Source of the DNA: Candidatus Poribacteria bacterium
GTDB taxonomy: Bacteria; Poribacteria; WGA-4E; WGA-3G
Assembly: GCA_965214095.1 (NCBI GenBank)
Contig: OZ243938.1
Span: forward strand, 2,784,001-2,848,000
Direction: 5' to 3'
DNA: 64,000 bases
Below are positions 10,402 through 20,862 of the stretch, in pieces. Both the position numbers and the translations under genes were made by a program. The notes below the pieces were generated by a model. The model searched no databases, was not told where the DNA came from, and was given only the letters and a program-made list of their open reading frames with translations. Numbering within the stretch: the first letter of the stretch is position 1; each line of letters opens with the position of its first letter.

Positions 10402-11280
10402 ATGCTAAGTCCCGAATTTCTTACACAACTTGATAAGTTCCGGATCCATTGTCAAAAACCATTTCGCGGTAGATTTCGAGGAGACCGTCGAAGCCTCAAT
10501 CGCGGAACTGGCGTTGAATTTGCCGATTACCGGCTCTATCAACACGGAGACGATCTCCGGTATCTTGATTGGAATGTCTATGCTCGTTTGGAAAAGTTGT
10601 TCATCAAATTGTTCCAAGCAGATGAAGAATTGCCAGTATCCATTCTGATAGACACAAGTCAATCCATGCAGTTTGGAGAACCTACAAAATTACATTATGC
10701 CAAACAACTTGCTGCAGCGTTGGGTTATATCTCATTAGGAAACTCGGATCGAGTTGCATTCTATACATTAGCAGAACGTCTAACTACAGCATTACCTGCT
10801 ACCTATGGAAAATCACAATTTGCCCGTATTCAAAAAGTCTTGACAACCGTGGAGGCAGGTGGAACAACTAACCTAACCGAATGTCTCAAACATCTGGCAA
10901 CACATCAACCACATGCAGGCGTTGTCATTGTTCTCAGTGATTTTTTGGATTCGGCAGGCTATACTACCGGCATCAATTCGCTGTTAGGACGCGGATTTGC
11001 GTTGACGTTGATACACATTCAATGCCAAGAAGAAATAGAACCTCCACCAACAGGAGAATGGCGGTTGGAAGATGCTGAAACAGGTGAAACAAAGGAAATT
11101 ACTATTAATGAGGAGACTATCTCGCACTACCAAAATCGACAGAAAGAATTCTGTGAACACCTACAAAGCCATTGCACAAAACAAGGTGTCGGTTATGTTC
11201 GGATAAGCACCGATGTTGATTATGAATCTGTTATCATGCAAGATATGCAACGCGCAGGTTTCATTCAACGAAGATACTGA
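10402..11280 (+). CDS. DUF58 / VWA-like protein (MoxR-associated type)
   Basis: GTGVEFADYRLYQHGDDLRYLDWNVYAR, IDTSQSM, VLSDFL. Confidence 0.88.
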   Translation: MLSPEFLTQLDKFRIHCQKPFRGRFRGDRRSLNRGTGVEFADYRLYQHGDDLRYLDWNVYARLEKLFIKLFQADEELPVSILIDTSQSMQFGEPTKLHYAKQLAAALGYISLGNSDRVAFYTLAERLTTALPATYGKSQFARIQKVLTTVEAGGTTNLTECLKHLATHQPHAGVVIVLSDFLDSAGYTTGINSLLGRGFALTLIHIQCQEEIEPPPTGEWRLEDAETGETKEITINEETISHYQNRQKEFCEHLQSHCTKQGVGYVRISTDVDYESVIMQDMQRAGFIQRRY

Positions 11281-11313
11281 ATACAATCAGATAGTGAACA
11301 AGGAGGAAAACAC

Positions 11314-11856
11314 ATGCAGAAACAGTTAGCACAAACAACATTAGAACTGATCCAGGGAGATATAACAAAAGCAGAAGTTGATGCGATTGTAAATGCAGCA
11401 AACAAAGAACTCATCGGTGGCAGTGGCGTTGATGGAGCGATACGACGCGCTGGTGGTGAGGCAATCGTCCAAGCCTGCAATGCAATTCGGAATCGTCAAG
11501 GAGGGTGTCCAACAGGTACAGCAGTTATCACAACCGGTGGTAACTTACCTGCAAAATACGTCATCCATACAGCAGGACCAGTATGGCAGGGAGGCAATGA
11601 GGGTGAATCAGATCTGCTCGCAAGTTGCTATAAAGAATGTCTCCAGTTGGCAGTGGAGAATGAGGCACATTCCATCGCTTTTCCTTCCATCAGCACAGGT
11701 GTCTACGGATATCCGACAGAAAAAGCAGCAAAGGTCGCACTTCAAACAATACAGAACTCAGTTGGTAGTGGAGCAAAAGCACCTGAATGCATTCAGTTCA
11801 TTTTATTTGATGATGCTACTTATAGCTGCTATGTAAAAGCTCTTTCAACTCTCTAA
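11314..11856 (+). CDS. Macro-domain protein, O-acetyl-ADP-ribose deacetylase (YmdB-like)
   Basis: GDIT, AIVNAAN, GGSGVDGAI, VIHTAGP, FPSISTGVYGYP; AGGAGG RBS. Confidence 0.9.
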   Translation: MQKQLAQTTLELIQGDITKAEVDAIVNAANKELIGGSGVDGAIRRAGGEAIVQACNAIRNRQGGCPTGTAVITTGGNLPAKYVIHTAGPVWQGGNEGESDLLASCYKECLQLAVENEAHSIAFPSISTGVYGYPTEKAAKVALQTIQNSVGSGAKAPECIQFILFDDATYSCYVKALSTL

Positions 11857-12000
11857 AATAAACTTCATTCATACATTTAACTGTGGGGTGTGCATAAATA
11901 TATTATGTGCCGACATTGGCTGCGTCTCTCATCAAGTATTTCTTTATATGTAATTGTCACATTTGTGGCAGTATAATCTATTGAGATGCTTTGATTTTGT

Positions 12001-12027
12001 GGACGGCACGCGGAGCGTGCCTACTAC
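12001..12027 (-). repeat. GTAG-type REP palindrome
   Basis: minus strand GTAGTAGGCACGC-TCC-GCGTGCC; sister copy at 23734-23760 with a covarying stem. Confidence 0.65.
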
Positions 12028-12586
12028 TTTTAAGATCATATTTGAGATTGCTTTTCTTTATGCACACTCCTCATTTAATATAGTTATTCTAGTAAAAGAG
12101 AGAAATTACTATCAATTATTTGTTGACATTAACCGACATATAATTATAATAATAGTATTGAGACGAATAATATTAAAATTATATATTATTTTATGTCTAT
12201 ATATTATTACTATAGTTTGGACATTTTAGAGTGCGATGCACCTTTCACTCCGTTGGGGCTGCTGTTTGGTGCTGAGAAGTTCCTTTTTATAGAAAGGTCG
12301 CGTTTGTGGACAGAACTCTACGAATAATCAGAAATGCTTTAGGAACAAGTTATGAGCCCGATAGAAACTGTCCAAACAGTAATTTAAGACCATTTTAAAA
12401 ACTTTAAAACAACTTGATTTCAGTAGAATCATTATGGTATATTATGGTTAATCCAATTAACCGAACGCAATTGCAAATTCAATTCATTCCTATATATTCT
12501 CTATAATAACTGATTCTGACGACAATTGACAATATCATCCTATACCGCTGAAGTTTCGGGTAAATCTGCAACGCAAGGAGAAAATA

Positions 12587-14038
12587 ATGGCATTCTCAAT
12601 TCAGAAATTAAATCGCAGAAAGAAGCAGATGCGAGCACTGATTATCTCTCTCTTAATACATTTTATTGCAATCATAGTGTTAGGCTTCTGGTTAATAAAT
12701 CCGTACATCCAAGAAATTGATGATAGCATGCCTGTAGAATTATTTGACTCACTTACCGAGCAGGGAGAAGTTCGACAGGATATACCAAAACCGAAACCTA
12801 AGATGATATCAAAGGTTGAACGCAAAATCGCGTCATCGGGACTCAAAGGCGTTTCAAGCGCACAACGTATCCCGACACCTGTTAACCCTATATCCCCTAT
12901 ACAAGATGAGAGACCAATTGACGCCCCATCAATGATACAAGACGTCACAAGACTTGCCCCATCCCCCGAAAGTGTCCTAAACCAATCTCAACTTGATGGT
13001 CCAAAGTTAACGGATGGAGATGGACCAACAGAAAGCACTACACCCATACGAAGTAAAAGTAGTAGTGGTTCAATTGACTTAGTTAATCGTGGTAAGGGAA
13101 GTTCAGGATTTGGTAACTTAACAAAAAGCACAAGCACAGGTTCAGTATATGCAGATTTAGGTGAAGGCTATGCGAAGTTACCAACGTTGAAAGATGAGAT
13201 CGGTGATAAATTAGGTGGTATCATCAAAGGCACAGGCTCAGACCTAAAGGCACACATACGCATCATTCGACTGAAGCATACACTCAGCGATTGGTGGCAA
13301 GACCCAACCGCAATTCCTTCACTGATAAAGTGGTTGCGTGAAAACACACCCGTGCGTGCTGATATGAGCTTCGCCGGTGGCGCATTAACCATGACCGACC
13401 CTGACATTATGAGCGCACCACTTATCATTATGACAGGACACGAAAAAGAAATGGTAGGCAACCGAAACCTAATGAAAGAAGGTGAGAAGAGAATAGACGG
13501 TTTTACAGAAGCAGAACGCGCAGCATTACGGAGGTATGTACTTGATCAAGGCGGCACTCTTTTCTTTGACGATTGCGGGTTGAAGGCTGGTTTCTCAGGA
13601 CTAATAGAACGAGAACTATACATGATATTTCCCGAATATGCTTTAGAAAAACTCCCACATGACCACGAAATATACAATATCTACTATCAACTCTCCAAAC
13701 CACCAGAAGGTGGAGAGGTCTTTTGGGAAAGTGAAAATAAAGCACGACCTACCAAATATAAGTTCCATCGTGGGATATATGTACCACGCACACCAGGTGG
13801 AAGGAAATCACCAAATCTAACCTATAAAGACGCACAAGGTGTTCTCCGCACTTCAAACAGGCTCGGTGTCATATTCAATAGAAAAGATTATCTCTGTGCT
13901 ATGGAAACTGCGGAGATACAATCCAGAACTGCACTTCGGAATCGACGTTCCACCGATGTTTATCGTTTTATGACCAACCTGATGGTGTACACACTCAAAT
14001 ACGGTGGCAACACAGACAGATCAGACTATAAAGACTAA
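12587..14038 (+). CDS. Membrane-anchored DUF4159-like protein with long Pro/Gly/Ser linker
   Basis: N-terminal TM (SLLIH); C-terminal 'DWWQDPTAIPSL...PLIIMTGH...LRRYVLDQGGTLFFDDC...LPHDHEIY' resembles DUF4159. Confidence 0.7.
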   Translation: MAFSIQKLNRRKKQMRALIISLLIHFIAIIVLGFWLINPYIQEIDDSMPVELFDSLTEQGEVRQDIPKPKPKMISKVERKIASSGLKGVSSAQRIPTPVNPISPIQDERPIDAPSMIQDVTRLAPSPESVLNQSQLDGPKLTDGDGPTESTTPIRSKSSSGSIDLVNRGKGSSGFGNLTKSTSTGSVYADLGEGYAKLPTLKDEIGDKLGGIIKGTGSDLKAHIRIIRLKHTLSDWWQDPTAIPSLIKWLRENTPVRADMSFAGGALTMTDPDIMSAPLIIMTGHEKEMVGNRNLMKEGEKRIDGFTEAERAALRRYVLDQGGTLFFDDCGLKAGFSGLIERELYMIFPEYALEKLPHDHEIYNIYYQLSKPPEGGEVFWESENKARPTKYKFHRGIYVPRTPGGRKSPNLTYKDAQGVLRTSNRLGVIFNRKDYLCAMETAEIQSRTALRNRRSTDVYRFMTNLMVYTLKYGGNTDRSDYKD

Positions 14039-14060
14039 CACGTCTCACCATAAACCACCA

Positions 14061-14504
14061 TTATTTCAACAATTCCTGCAACTTCTGAGTGCGATATTCA
14101 AATATCTTTTCTATATCCGGACGAACAAAGAGATTGTTAATCAACTTTCCACCCAGAACAGCATATTCCACATCGTCACCAACAAGCGTTCCACCATCTG
14201 TTTCAACAAACGTGTGCTTATGAATCCAGCATCTATAAGGACCTCTACGTTGTTCATCCGCGAAAAAATGCGGAGGTTCCCATTCCGTTATTTCGCTTTG
14301 CCATCGGATAGGAATACCACGAAGTTTCAATTGATAATCTATCAATGTCCCGACTTCCATCTCTATCGGACGCGGTGTAAGCATTTCAAAGTGTAGCCAA
14401 GGCGGTGTGATTTCGGCAAGATTATGTGCATCAGAAAAATATGAAAAAACTTCCTCCTGCGACTTTTCAATCAGTTGTTCAGTTGTCAGCTTAAAAGTTT
14501 TCAT
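14061..14504 (-). CDS. SRPBCC/START-fold protein
   Basis: VFSYFSDAHNLAEITPP, IRWQSEIT, FADEQRRGPY..WIHKH. Confidence 0.85.
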   Translation of the reverse strand: MKTFKLTTEQLIEKSQEEVFSYFSDAHNLAEITPPWLHFEMLTPRPIEMEVGTLIDYQLKLRGIPIRWQSEITEWEPPHFFADEQRRGPYRCWIHKHTFVETDGGTLVGDDVEYAVLGGKLINNLFVRPDIEKIFEYRTQKLQELLK

Positions 14505-14536
14505 TTTCTTCCCTCCGTGATCCTATATGTTGTTCT

Positions 14537-15601
14537 TTATTGTGTCTCTACATAGTTTTCATTAACATAACGCGTAATCAACTCTATCTCTTCCTCTTCA
14601 AGATAAAGTCCGTGTTCAATCATTCGATTGATAACTTCGGTTGTTTCCTCTCTTGATCGTGGTGGATAATCCTCCACATCAGTTGTCGGATGGCATTGTG
14701 AACATTTATCCTCAAAAAGTTCCTTTGCCTCCGCTTCGTTATAAGTGTCTGTAATCGTATCACTTTCCTCTTCTGCTGCCATTGCGACAGATGCCTGTTC
14801 TGCTGCGAACTTCGCATCAGAGGTCCGCTTCTGTTCTGCAAGCTGCTGCTTAACTGCGTTCTTTATATCAGGTGTGATTGCAATCAGATATGTAGACACA
14901 CTCCACTCCTCTTCTTCGGATATCGGCTCTCCGATCACAGGTTTAATCGCCATACGATGCACTAAACGCACCCAATCTGGCGGTGTGCGTGGTTTAGCAA
15001 GAATCGTACGCAAATCGTGGCAAACAACACATTTACGTTGTAACACATGTCGTCCTTCCCGCAACTTCCGTTTTGAAGCAAGTTGATCCAACGGTGCCTG
15101 AGATGGTAACTCAGCAGTGTCTAACAACTGTCGGGTTCTTGCAATTCCTTTCTCGCTGAATGCATCTGTCTTTGCTGTCAGGACAGTTTCATGGAATGAA
15201 AACGGAACTGACAACCCAATCAACAAATAGGTGCATAAAAGTAAACAGACACCGATATACGGCATTGATTCCTCAAAATGGCGAAAAAAGCGAAGGATAA
15301 CGACCTTAATTAAAATCAGCACACCGATGGTAATTCCAAGCATCAAATGCGCAACAGTACGGGGTGGCAATTCAACCTGATATGTCCACAAGCGAGGCAC
15401 CATGTACCACATCATAAAGATATAGAGCAACGCATACGCATAACCCAAACAACGATGTAAAATTGTCAATGAACGTGGTGCTTCACTCTTATGCGTCTCC
15501 TTGTTAAATGGGTATCCCCACAACTTAAACATCAAGAACACCGAAGCATTCGCTATTCCCAAAAATATCAGTCCAAATATTGCACTTGTTGATGTTGACA
15601 T
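14537..15601 (-). CDS. 4-TM membrane protein fused to two c-type cytochrome domains
   Basis: Four hydrophobic helices with His (LHRCLG, AHLMLG); CVVCH and CSQCH heme-binding motifs, each followed by a RM motif. Confidence 0.75.
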   Translation of the reverse strand: MSTSTSAIFGLIFLGIANASVFLMFKLWGYPFNKETHKSEAPRSLTILHRCLGYAYALLYIFMMWYMVPRLWTYQVELPPRTVAHLMLGITIGVLILIKVVILRFFRHFEESMPYIGVCLLLCTYLLIGLSVPFSFHETVLTAKTDAFSEKGIARTRQLLDTAELPSQAPLDQLASKRKLREGRHVLQRKCVVCHDLRTILAKPRTPPDWVRLVHRMAIKPVIGEPISEEEEWSVSTYLIAITPDIKNAVKQQLAEQKRTSDAKFAAEQASVAMAAEEESDTITDTYNEAEAKELFEDKCSQCHPTTDVEDYPPRSREETTEVINRMIEHGLYLEEEEIELITRYVNENYVETQ

Positions 15602-15691
15602 TATTTAGTTTTCCTTTTATGAATTCTCTGGTATATATCTGTATCATTCTCAAATAAGTAAATCTCATCGCATGCACTTTTGATAATGCGA

Positions 15692-15749
15692 ACTCTTATC
15701 CTGAAAATCCTGAAAATCCTGAAAATCCTGAAAATCCTGGTTCAGACAA
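15692..15749 (+). repeat. (ATCCTGAAA)x4 + ATCCTGGTTCAGACAA repeat unit
   Basis: Direct reading; related copies at 17883-17930 (inverted) and 18002-18045. Confidence 0.85.
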
Positions 15750-15771
15750 TATACAATTCAACGCTTCCCAA

Positions 15772-16572
15772 TTACGTATCCAATATAGGACGATTCAATC
15801 GTGAATGGTATGGTTGTTCCATGACCGCACGTTGACGTTCATTTGCCCATTCTGGTACAGGATAAGCAGGCACATAAGCCATATTCCCCGCAGTGTAACG
15901 TGTCAAGATTGAACGTCTCGGATGGTCTGCTGTCCACGGAAGTGTGCCATGTGTTACTGCCTCTGTAAATATAATGACATCTCCAGCATCACAGACAGGT
16001 TGTCGGATATGTTCTTGATGTTTCTGATATAGTCGCATCTCATGTGGACAAGAGTAGTTACTCTTGTGACTTCCCGGTATAACAATCAGTCCACCAGCAC
16101 CTGGTGGCACATCAGTCAGTTGAATCGTTACAACAGTCAATCCATTGTGCATCCTACCATCGCGAAAAATATAATACTGATTCGGATCAAACCCTGGTCC
16201 AGATGAACCGTGAAAAATGAAACCTTCCGCACCTTTGTCCATAGAAAGCAGGAACATCTGATGATCCATGCGGAAACCCTTACCCAATATTTCATTGAGA
16301 TACGGTACAAGTGTCGGATGTGCCAGCATGTCTCGAAACGGATTGCACCACGGTTCCTCCCAGCCAAGCATGCCACCGAGTTCGCTTCTGCCAAACTCAC
16401 CCCGCAACTCCTCAGAACCACCGTCAAGTGTTTGTTCTCTCGGACGCACGCGCAATTGTTCACTATGTTTGTCAATAGCTTCGTTCGCCAATGCTACCTC
16501 TTCTGGAGTCAATACATCTTTTACAACGATATAACCGTTCAGATCAAATAGATATTTTTCATCAGCATTCAT
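15772..16572 (-). CDS. PhyH-family Fe(II)/2-oxoglutarate dioxygenase-like protein
   Basis: FDLNGYIVVKDVL, LTDV..GAGGLIVIPGSHK, AGDVIIF...HG, RRS. Confidence 0.85.
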   Translation of the reverse strand: MNADEKYLFDLNGYIVVKDVLTPEEVALANEAIDKHSEQLRVRPREQTLDGGSEELRGEFGRSELGGMLGWEEPWCNPFRDMLAHPTLVPYLNEILGKGFRMDHQMFLLSMDKGAEGFIFHGSSGPGFDPNQYYIFRDGRMHNGLTVVTIQLTDVPPGAGGLIVIPGSHKSNYSCPHEMRLYQKHQEHIRQPVCDAGDVIIFTEAVTHGTLPWTADHPRRSILTRYTAGNMAYVPAYPVPEWANERQRAVMEQPYHSRLNRPILDT

Positions 16573-16646
16573 CTTTTATCTCCTCTATTCTGCACACTAT
16601 ATCTGTAGGACAAGGTTCCCGTACCTCAGTCATACTATACAATCAC

Positions 16647-17774
16647 TTACACCGCATACGCAACAGAACCATCTTCACGCAACGGTGTTGTGCCTGTATT
16701 CATAGGTCTGAAAGGGGTTTCTGCAATTAAATCATCATTAATTTCTACACCCAATCCAGGTACATTAGGAATTGGAATATATCCACCTTCCCGCTGATAC
16801 GACACTTTGTAGACAGCAAAAGCATCCGATTCATCCGCTTTGGTATATTCCTGTGTGACAAAGTTCGGGATACTTGCATCTAAATGTAGCGAAGCAGCTG
16901 TTATCACCGGACCAAGGAAGTTGTGCGTTACAACCGCGCTGTGGTATGCCTCCGCAATCGCAGCAATCTTTTTGCAGTGTGTCAATCCACCTGCCAAACC
17001 GACATCAGGACGCACATATTGCGGTCCTCCCACCTCCAAAATCTCACGGAACTCCCAGATGCTTACATTCCGTTCACCTATAGCGAGAGGCGTTGTCATC
17101 CGCTTTGCTAATTCCGCTTGTGTCGTAATAGTATCTATCTGAATCGGGTCTTCAATGAAATAGAGATTGAAGGGTGCTAACGCCGACTCTAACACGATAC
17201 TATTCATCGGTGTCAGTTTCCGATGCACCTCAACAATCAGATCCAAATCAGGTCCACCACCTTCTCTCGCTGCTGCTACAAGGTCTCTCGCAGTATTTAC
17301 CAAACGATCCAACGCCATATCCTGAAAATTACCGACCAATGGATCAAACTTCAGCGCAGTAAATCCCTCTGCAACGGCAGCTTTTGCCGCTTCAAACATC
17401 GTCTCAGGGGTGCCACCACCACCCAATAGATGCAGTCTGATTTTGTCTCGGCAGTTTCCACCCAGCAATTCCCATATCGGCACTCCGAAATGTTTGCCCT
17501 TAATATCATACAAGGCAATGTCAACTGCACTTATTGCACCACTTAAGGCAGTGCCTTTGAACGGACCCATTCGGTACAGATGTTGCCAATGATGTTCAAT
17601 ACGCAACGGATTTTGACCGATCAGGTATTTCTCAAAAGTATTTACAATCTTCTCAACTGCCTCTGGATATCCCCAGCATGCAGTCTGTCCGATACCACTG
17701 AGACCCGTATCTGTCCAAATCCGAATCACATAACCGTTTCCAATAAAAAACGACTCAATCTTATCAATTTTCAT
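16647..17774 (-). CDS. Mandelate racemase/galactonate dehydratase-like enolase superfamily enzyme
   Basis: AISAVDIALYDIKGK, KFD, EVH, IEDP, GER, PDVGLAGG, PGLGVE; start MKIDKIE preceded by GGAGGG. Confidence 0.88.
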   Translation of the reverse strand: MKIDKIESFFIGNGYVIRIWTDTGLSGIGQTACWGYPEAVEKIVNTFEKYLIGQNPLRIEHHWQHLYRMGPFKGTALSGAISAVDIALYDIKGKHFGVPIWELLGGNCRDKIRLHLLGGGGTPETMFEAAKAAVAEGFTALKFDPLVGNFQDMALDRLVNTARDLVAAAREGGGPDLDLIVEVHRKLTPMNSIVLESALAPFNLYFIEDPIQIDTITTQAELAKRMTTPLAIGERNVSIWEFREILEVGGPQYVRPDVGLAGGLTHCKKIAAIAEAYHSAVVTHNFLGPVITAASLHLDASIPNFVTQEYTKADESDAFAVYKVSYQREGGYIPIPNVPGLGVEINDDLIAETPFRPMNTGTTPLREDGSVAYAV

Positions 17775-17882
17775 ATCACCCTCCAATGAGTGTTGTCTTT
17801 TCTATGCTTGAACGTATTGTAGCATAAGGCGTTGACAATTGACAATAGTCAAGCAAGCAAAGGTGTGTAAAGTTTTTGTCAC

Positions 17883-18045
17883 TTGTCTGAACCAGGATTT
17901 TCAGGATTATAGGATTTTCAGGATAAGAGTCTGAAACATCAAAATCTCATCCAAAAAATAAACGTCAACTTGGGAATAGGAACTTTGGAGAGCCAAACTC
18001 ATAATCCTGCGAATCTACTAATCCTGAAAATCCTGGTTCAGACAA
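17883..18045. mobile_element. MITE-like element with long inverted ends
   Basis: TTGTCTGAACCAGGATTTTCAGGATTA ... TAATCCTGAAAATCCTGGTTCAGACAA. Confidence 0.6.
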
Positions 18046-18214
18046 CGTCTCTTACATTCTCCCTGAATCTCGGATTTACACGGATGACACAGAGAAGAAC
18101 CTACAACAAGAGAAACTTGCTTCATAAGAAATATTAGTTGAATTGTCGATAAAACTTTGTTAAACTATGTGTTTAAGCGGAATTTACGTATAAACTACAA
18201 TAAAGGACACAACG

Positions 18215-19495
18215 TTGAATATTCTTGTTATCGGACAAGGGGGACGCGAACACACCCTTGTCTGGAAACTTGCACAGAGTCCACTCGTCCAAAAAATGTA
18301 CTGCACACCCGGAAACGCGGGCATTGCACAAATCGCTGAACCAATTCAGATAGATGATGATTTCGCAAAACTCGCGAATTGGGCAGAATCCAATAACATT
18401 GACCTCACAGTTGTCGGACCTGAGAACCCTTTAGCAGCAGGAATCGTTGATGTTCTTAATGAACGTGGTTTGAAAGCATTCGGTCCGGACAAACAAGCAG
18501 CACAACTGGAAGGAAGTAAAGATTTCGCAAAAAAGTTGATGCTGAAAAACGACATCCCAACAGCAGCATATCAGACATTTGAAGATGCTGATGAAGCAAT
18601 TGCGTATATTGAAGATATTAAGACACCTGTTTTCGTCAAAGCAGATGGGTTAGCAGCGGGTAAAGGTGTTATTCCCGGACGCACCATCGCCGAAGCGATC
18701 CAAGCGGTCAAGACAATTTTAGTGGATAAGACATTTGGCGATGCAGGAAAAAGTGTCGTTATTGAAGAGGAGTTAATCGGAGAAGAAGCATCATTTACTG
18801 TCCTCGTGGATGGGAAAAACTGCTTACCATTCGTAAGTTCACAAGACCACAAGATGTCGCACGATGGTGATACAGGAAAGAATACCGGTGGAATGGGAGC
18901 ATACTCTCCTGCACCTGTCATGACTTCCGAACTTCATGAATATGTAATGGAACGGGTTGTTCATCCGACTGTCAAAGGTATGTCAAATATCGGATGTCCA
19001 TTCAAAGGTGTTCTATACGTTGGATTGATGATCACAGATACAGGTCCAAAAGTGTTGGAGTTTAACTGTCGTTTCGGAGACCCTGAAACACAAGTGCTAT
19101 TGCCTCGTCTCAAAAGTGATCTGGTGCCATTGTTGATAGCGTGTATTGATGGAACACTTGATCAACACACTGATGTCCAATGGCACAATGAAGCAGCAGC
19201 GTGTGTAGTTATGGCTTCAGGAGGATACCCAAACCCGTATCAAACTGGAAAAGTAATCACAGGATTAGAAAAAGCCGATTCAATTGATGACGTAACCGTA
19301 TTTCACGCAGGAACAAAACAGCAGAGAAACGATATTGTCACCGCAGGTGGTCGCGTATTAGGTGTCACCGCACTTGCAGATGACCTTAAATCCGCCATTG
19401 AAAAAGCATATCTCGGTGTTACTGATATACATTTTGAGGACGCACATTGGCGGAAAGACATCGGATATAGAGCATTATCACGAACTAATTCATAA
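18215..19495 (+). CDS. purD: Phosphoribosylamine-glycine ligase
   Basis: GQGGREH, PGNAG, KADGLAAGKGV, NTGGMGAYSP, EFNCRFGDPE; TTG start. Confidence 0.97.
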   Translation: MNILVIGQGGREHTLVWKLAQSPLVQKMYCTPGNAGIAQIAEPIQIDDDFAKLANWAESNNIDLTVVGPENPLAAGIVDVLNERGLKAFGPDKQAAQLEGSKDFAKKLMLKNDIPTAAYQTFEDADEAIAYIEDIKTPVFVKADGLAAGKGVIPGRTIAEAIQAVKTILVDKTFGDAGKSVVIEEELIGEEASFTVLVDGKNCLPFVSSQDHKMSHDGDTGKNTGGMGAYSPAPVMTSELHEYVMERVVHPTVKGMSNIGCPFKGVLYVGLMITDTGPKVLEFNCRFGDPETQVLLPRLKSDLVPLLIACIDGTLDQHTDVQWHNEAAACVVMASGGYPNPYQTGKVITGLEKADSIDDVTVFHAGTKQQRNDIVTAGGRVLGVTALADDLKSAIEKAYLGVTDIHFEDAHWRKDIGYRALSRTNS

Positions 19496-19528
19496 GAGTT
19501 CGTATCAAATACAATTGGAGAAACTGAA

Positions 19529-20725
19529 ATGATAGGTAGAATCACCGACCGACAAATAAAGAAACAGATCCGTCAGATTCGGATGCGTTCAATAATCCTT
19601 CTGTCACTCATTTTCCACCTGAGTTTAGCTATTGTATACCTCTTCCTACATCTAAATGGCGTGCCGGAATTCCAAATCAAGCCAACCGACACCGCCCTCT
19701 TTGAAAACATTACTTGGCAGGAACGTCTAAATATACCGAAACGTCCACTGTCAAACCTAAATTCTGAACAGGATCAAGACTTCTCAGGTAACCCGCTACA
19801 AGAGATAGAAGATGCTAAACATATACAACCAGAAGTTGCAGAACTCAGTTCCAGAGTTGTTATTCATGATGTTGAAAATAACGCTGCTCCTATAGATGAC
19901 AACGTTCCTGAACTTATGACAGACGCTAAATTAAGGGACGCTGAAGCTTCTAACCTAAGCCACCTTGTATCACTTCCAGGACGAACTGACGGTATTGGAC
20001 GCGTTACTGGAGATGTCAGGGCACCAGGAAATGGAACAGACAGCAGAATAGGTGGACCCCCTCGGATACTCGGTCCTGGAGGTCCAGGCACACACGATAT
20101 AGAATCTGATATAGAACATGGGCCCGGCGATCCACTACCTATCATCGAATTACCCGATGATCCTGATGGAAAAAACAAGGTCATTTACTGTCTTGATATC
20201 TCCGCAAGCATGCAAGCAGCAGGACTCAACAAACTTAATTTAGCAATCCAAGCAATTAAAGATTCTATCTTGAGTCTCGGAAGCAACGACACATTCAATA
20301 TCGTTGTGTTTTCTTCTGATGTTAGAACAATGAGCAAAGAGATGTTACCTGCCAATGAGGTTAATGTGAAACGTACCATGCAGTACCTTGACAATTTCAC
20401 ACCAGATAGCATTCAACACAATCGTGGAACGAATATCCTTACCGCGCTTGAAGCATCATTGATGTTTAACTCTTCCGTTATCGTATTGGTAACGGACGGT
20501 CTCCCACATACAATTGAAGGACACAACATTGAAACTGATACACAGACAATTCTCAATATAGTAAGAGAGAAGAATCACACCAGCACGGACATCTATGTCG
20601 TCGCGCTTGAGATAGACTTGAAACGTTCTGTCGGTGCACAATTGCTCATATCTTTGACACAAGAACACAATGGAACACTTAAAGTGCTGGACACAGAAAC
20701 ATTACGCATGTATAGTTCGCAATAA
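19529..20725 (+). CDS. Membrane-anchored VWA-domain protein (paralog of 21401-22591)
   Basis: TM 'SLIFH'; MIDAS DISASM, GTN, VTDG. Confidence 0.85.
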   Translation: MIGRITDRQIKKQIRQIRMRSIILLSLIFHLSLAIVYLFLHLNGVPEFQIKPTDTALFENITWQERLNIPKRPLSNLNSEQDQDFSGNPLQEIEDAKHIQPEVAELSSRVVIHDVENNAAPIDDNVPELMTDAKLRDAEASNLSHLVSLPGRTDGIGRVTGDVRAPGNGTDSRIGGPPRILGPGGPGTHDIESDIEHGPGDPLPIIELPDDPDGKNKVIYCLDISASMQAAGLNKLNLAIQAIKDSILSLGSNDTFNIVVFSSDVRTMSKEMLPANEVNVKRTMQYLDNFTPDSIQHNRGTNILTALEASLMFNSSVIVLVTDGLPHTIEGHNIETDTQTILNIVREKNHTSTDIYVVALEIDLKRSVGAQLLISLTQEHNGTLKVLDTETLRMYSSQ

Positions 20726-20726
20726 C

Positions 20727-20818
20727 GGTAGGCGCGCTTTGATGAAGATTAAATTATATAATTGGGTAATTTTCATTTTCCCAAACCCGGTAGGTGCGGT
20801 TTCCTAACCGCACCGGAC
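20727..20818 (+). repeat. Partial composite repeat (ATGAAGATTAA / GGGTAATT ends + REP GTAGGTGCGGTTTCCTAACCGCACC)
   Basis: Close reverse-complement match to ~30914-30990. Confidence 0.75.
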
Positions 20819-20862
20819 ATCGCAAGGCAAAATGTAGAAGCAATTCTAAAACCAACAATAAA

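Noticed and set aside
11314-11856. Macro-domain gene as the DarG antitoxin of the DUF488/RecQ locus
   Set aside because: It looks like an ordinary YmdB-type protein, lies about 31 kb away, and no DarT gene is visible
11954-12720. ORFs 11954-12229 and 12526-12720, or a riboswitch in this intergenic region
   Set aside because: AT-rich sequence with a REP; no RBS or coding signal and no recognisable aptamer
15698-15740. Tandem 9-mer array as a CRISPR array
   Set aside because: No spacers, unit too short, and no cas genes in the window
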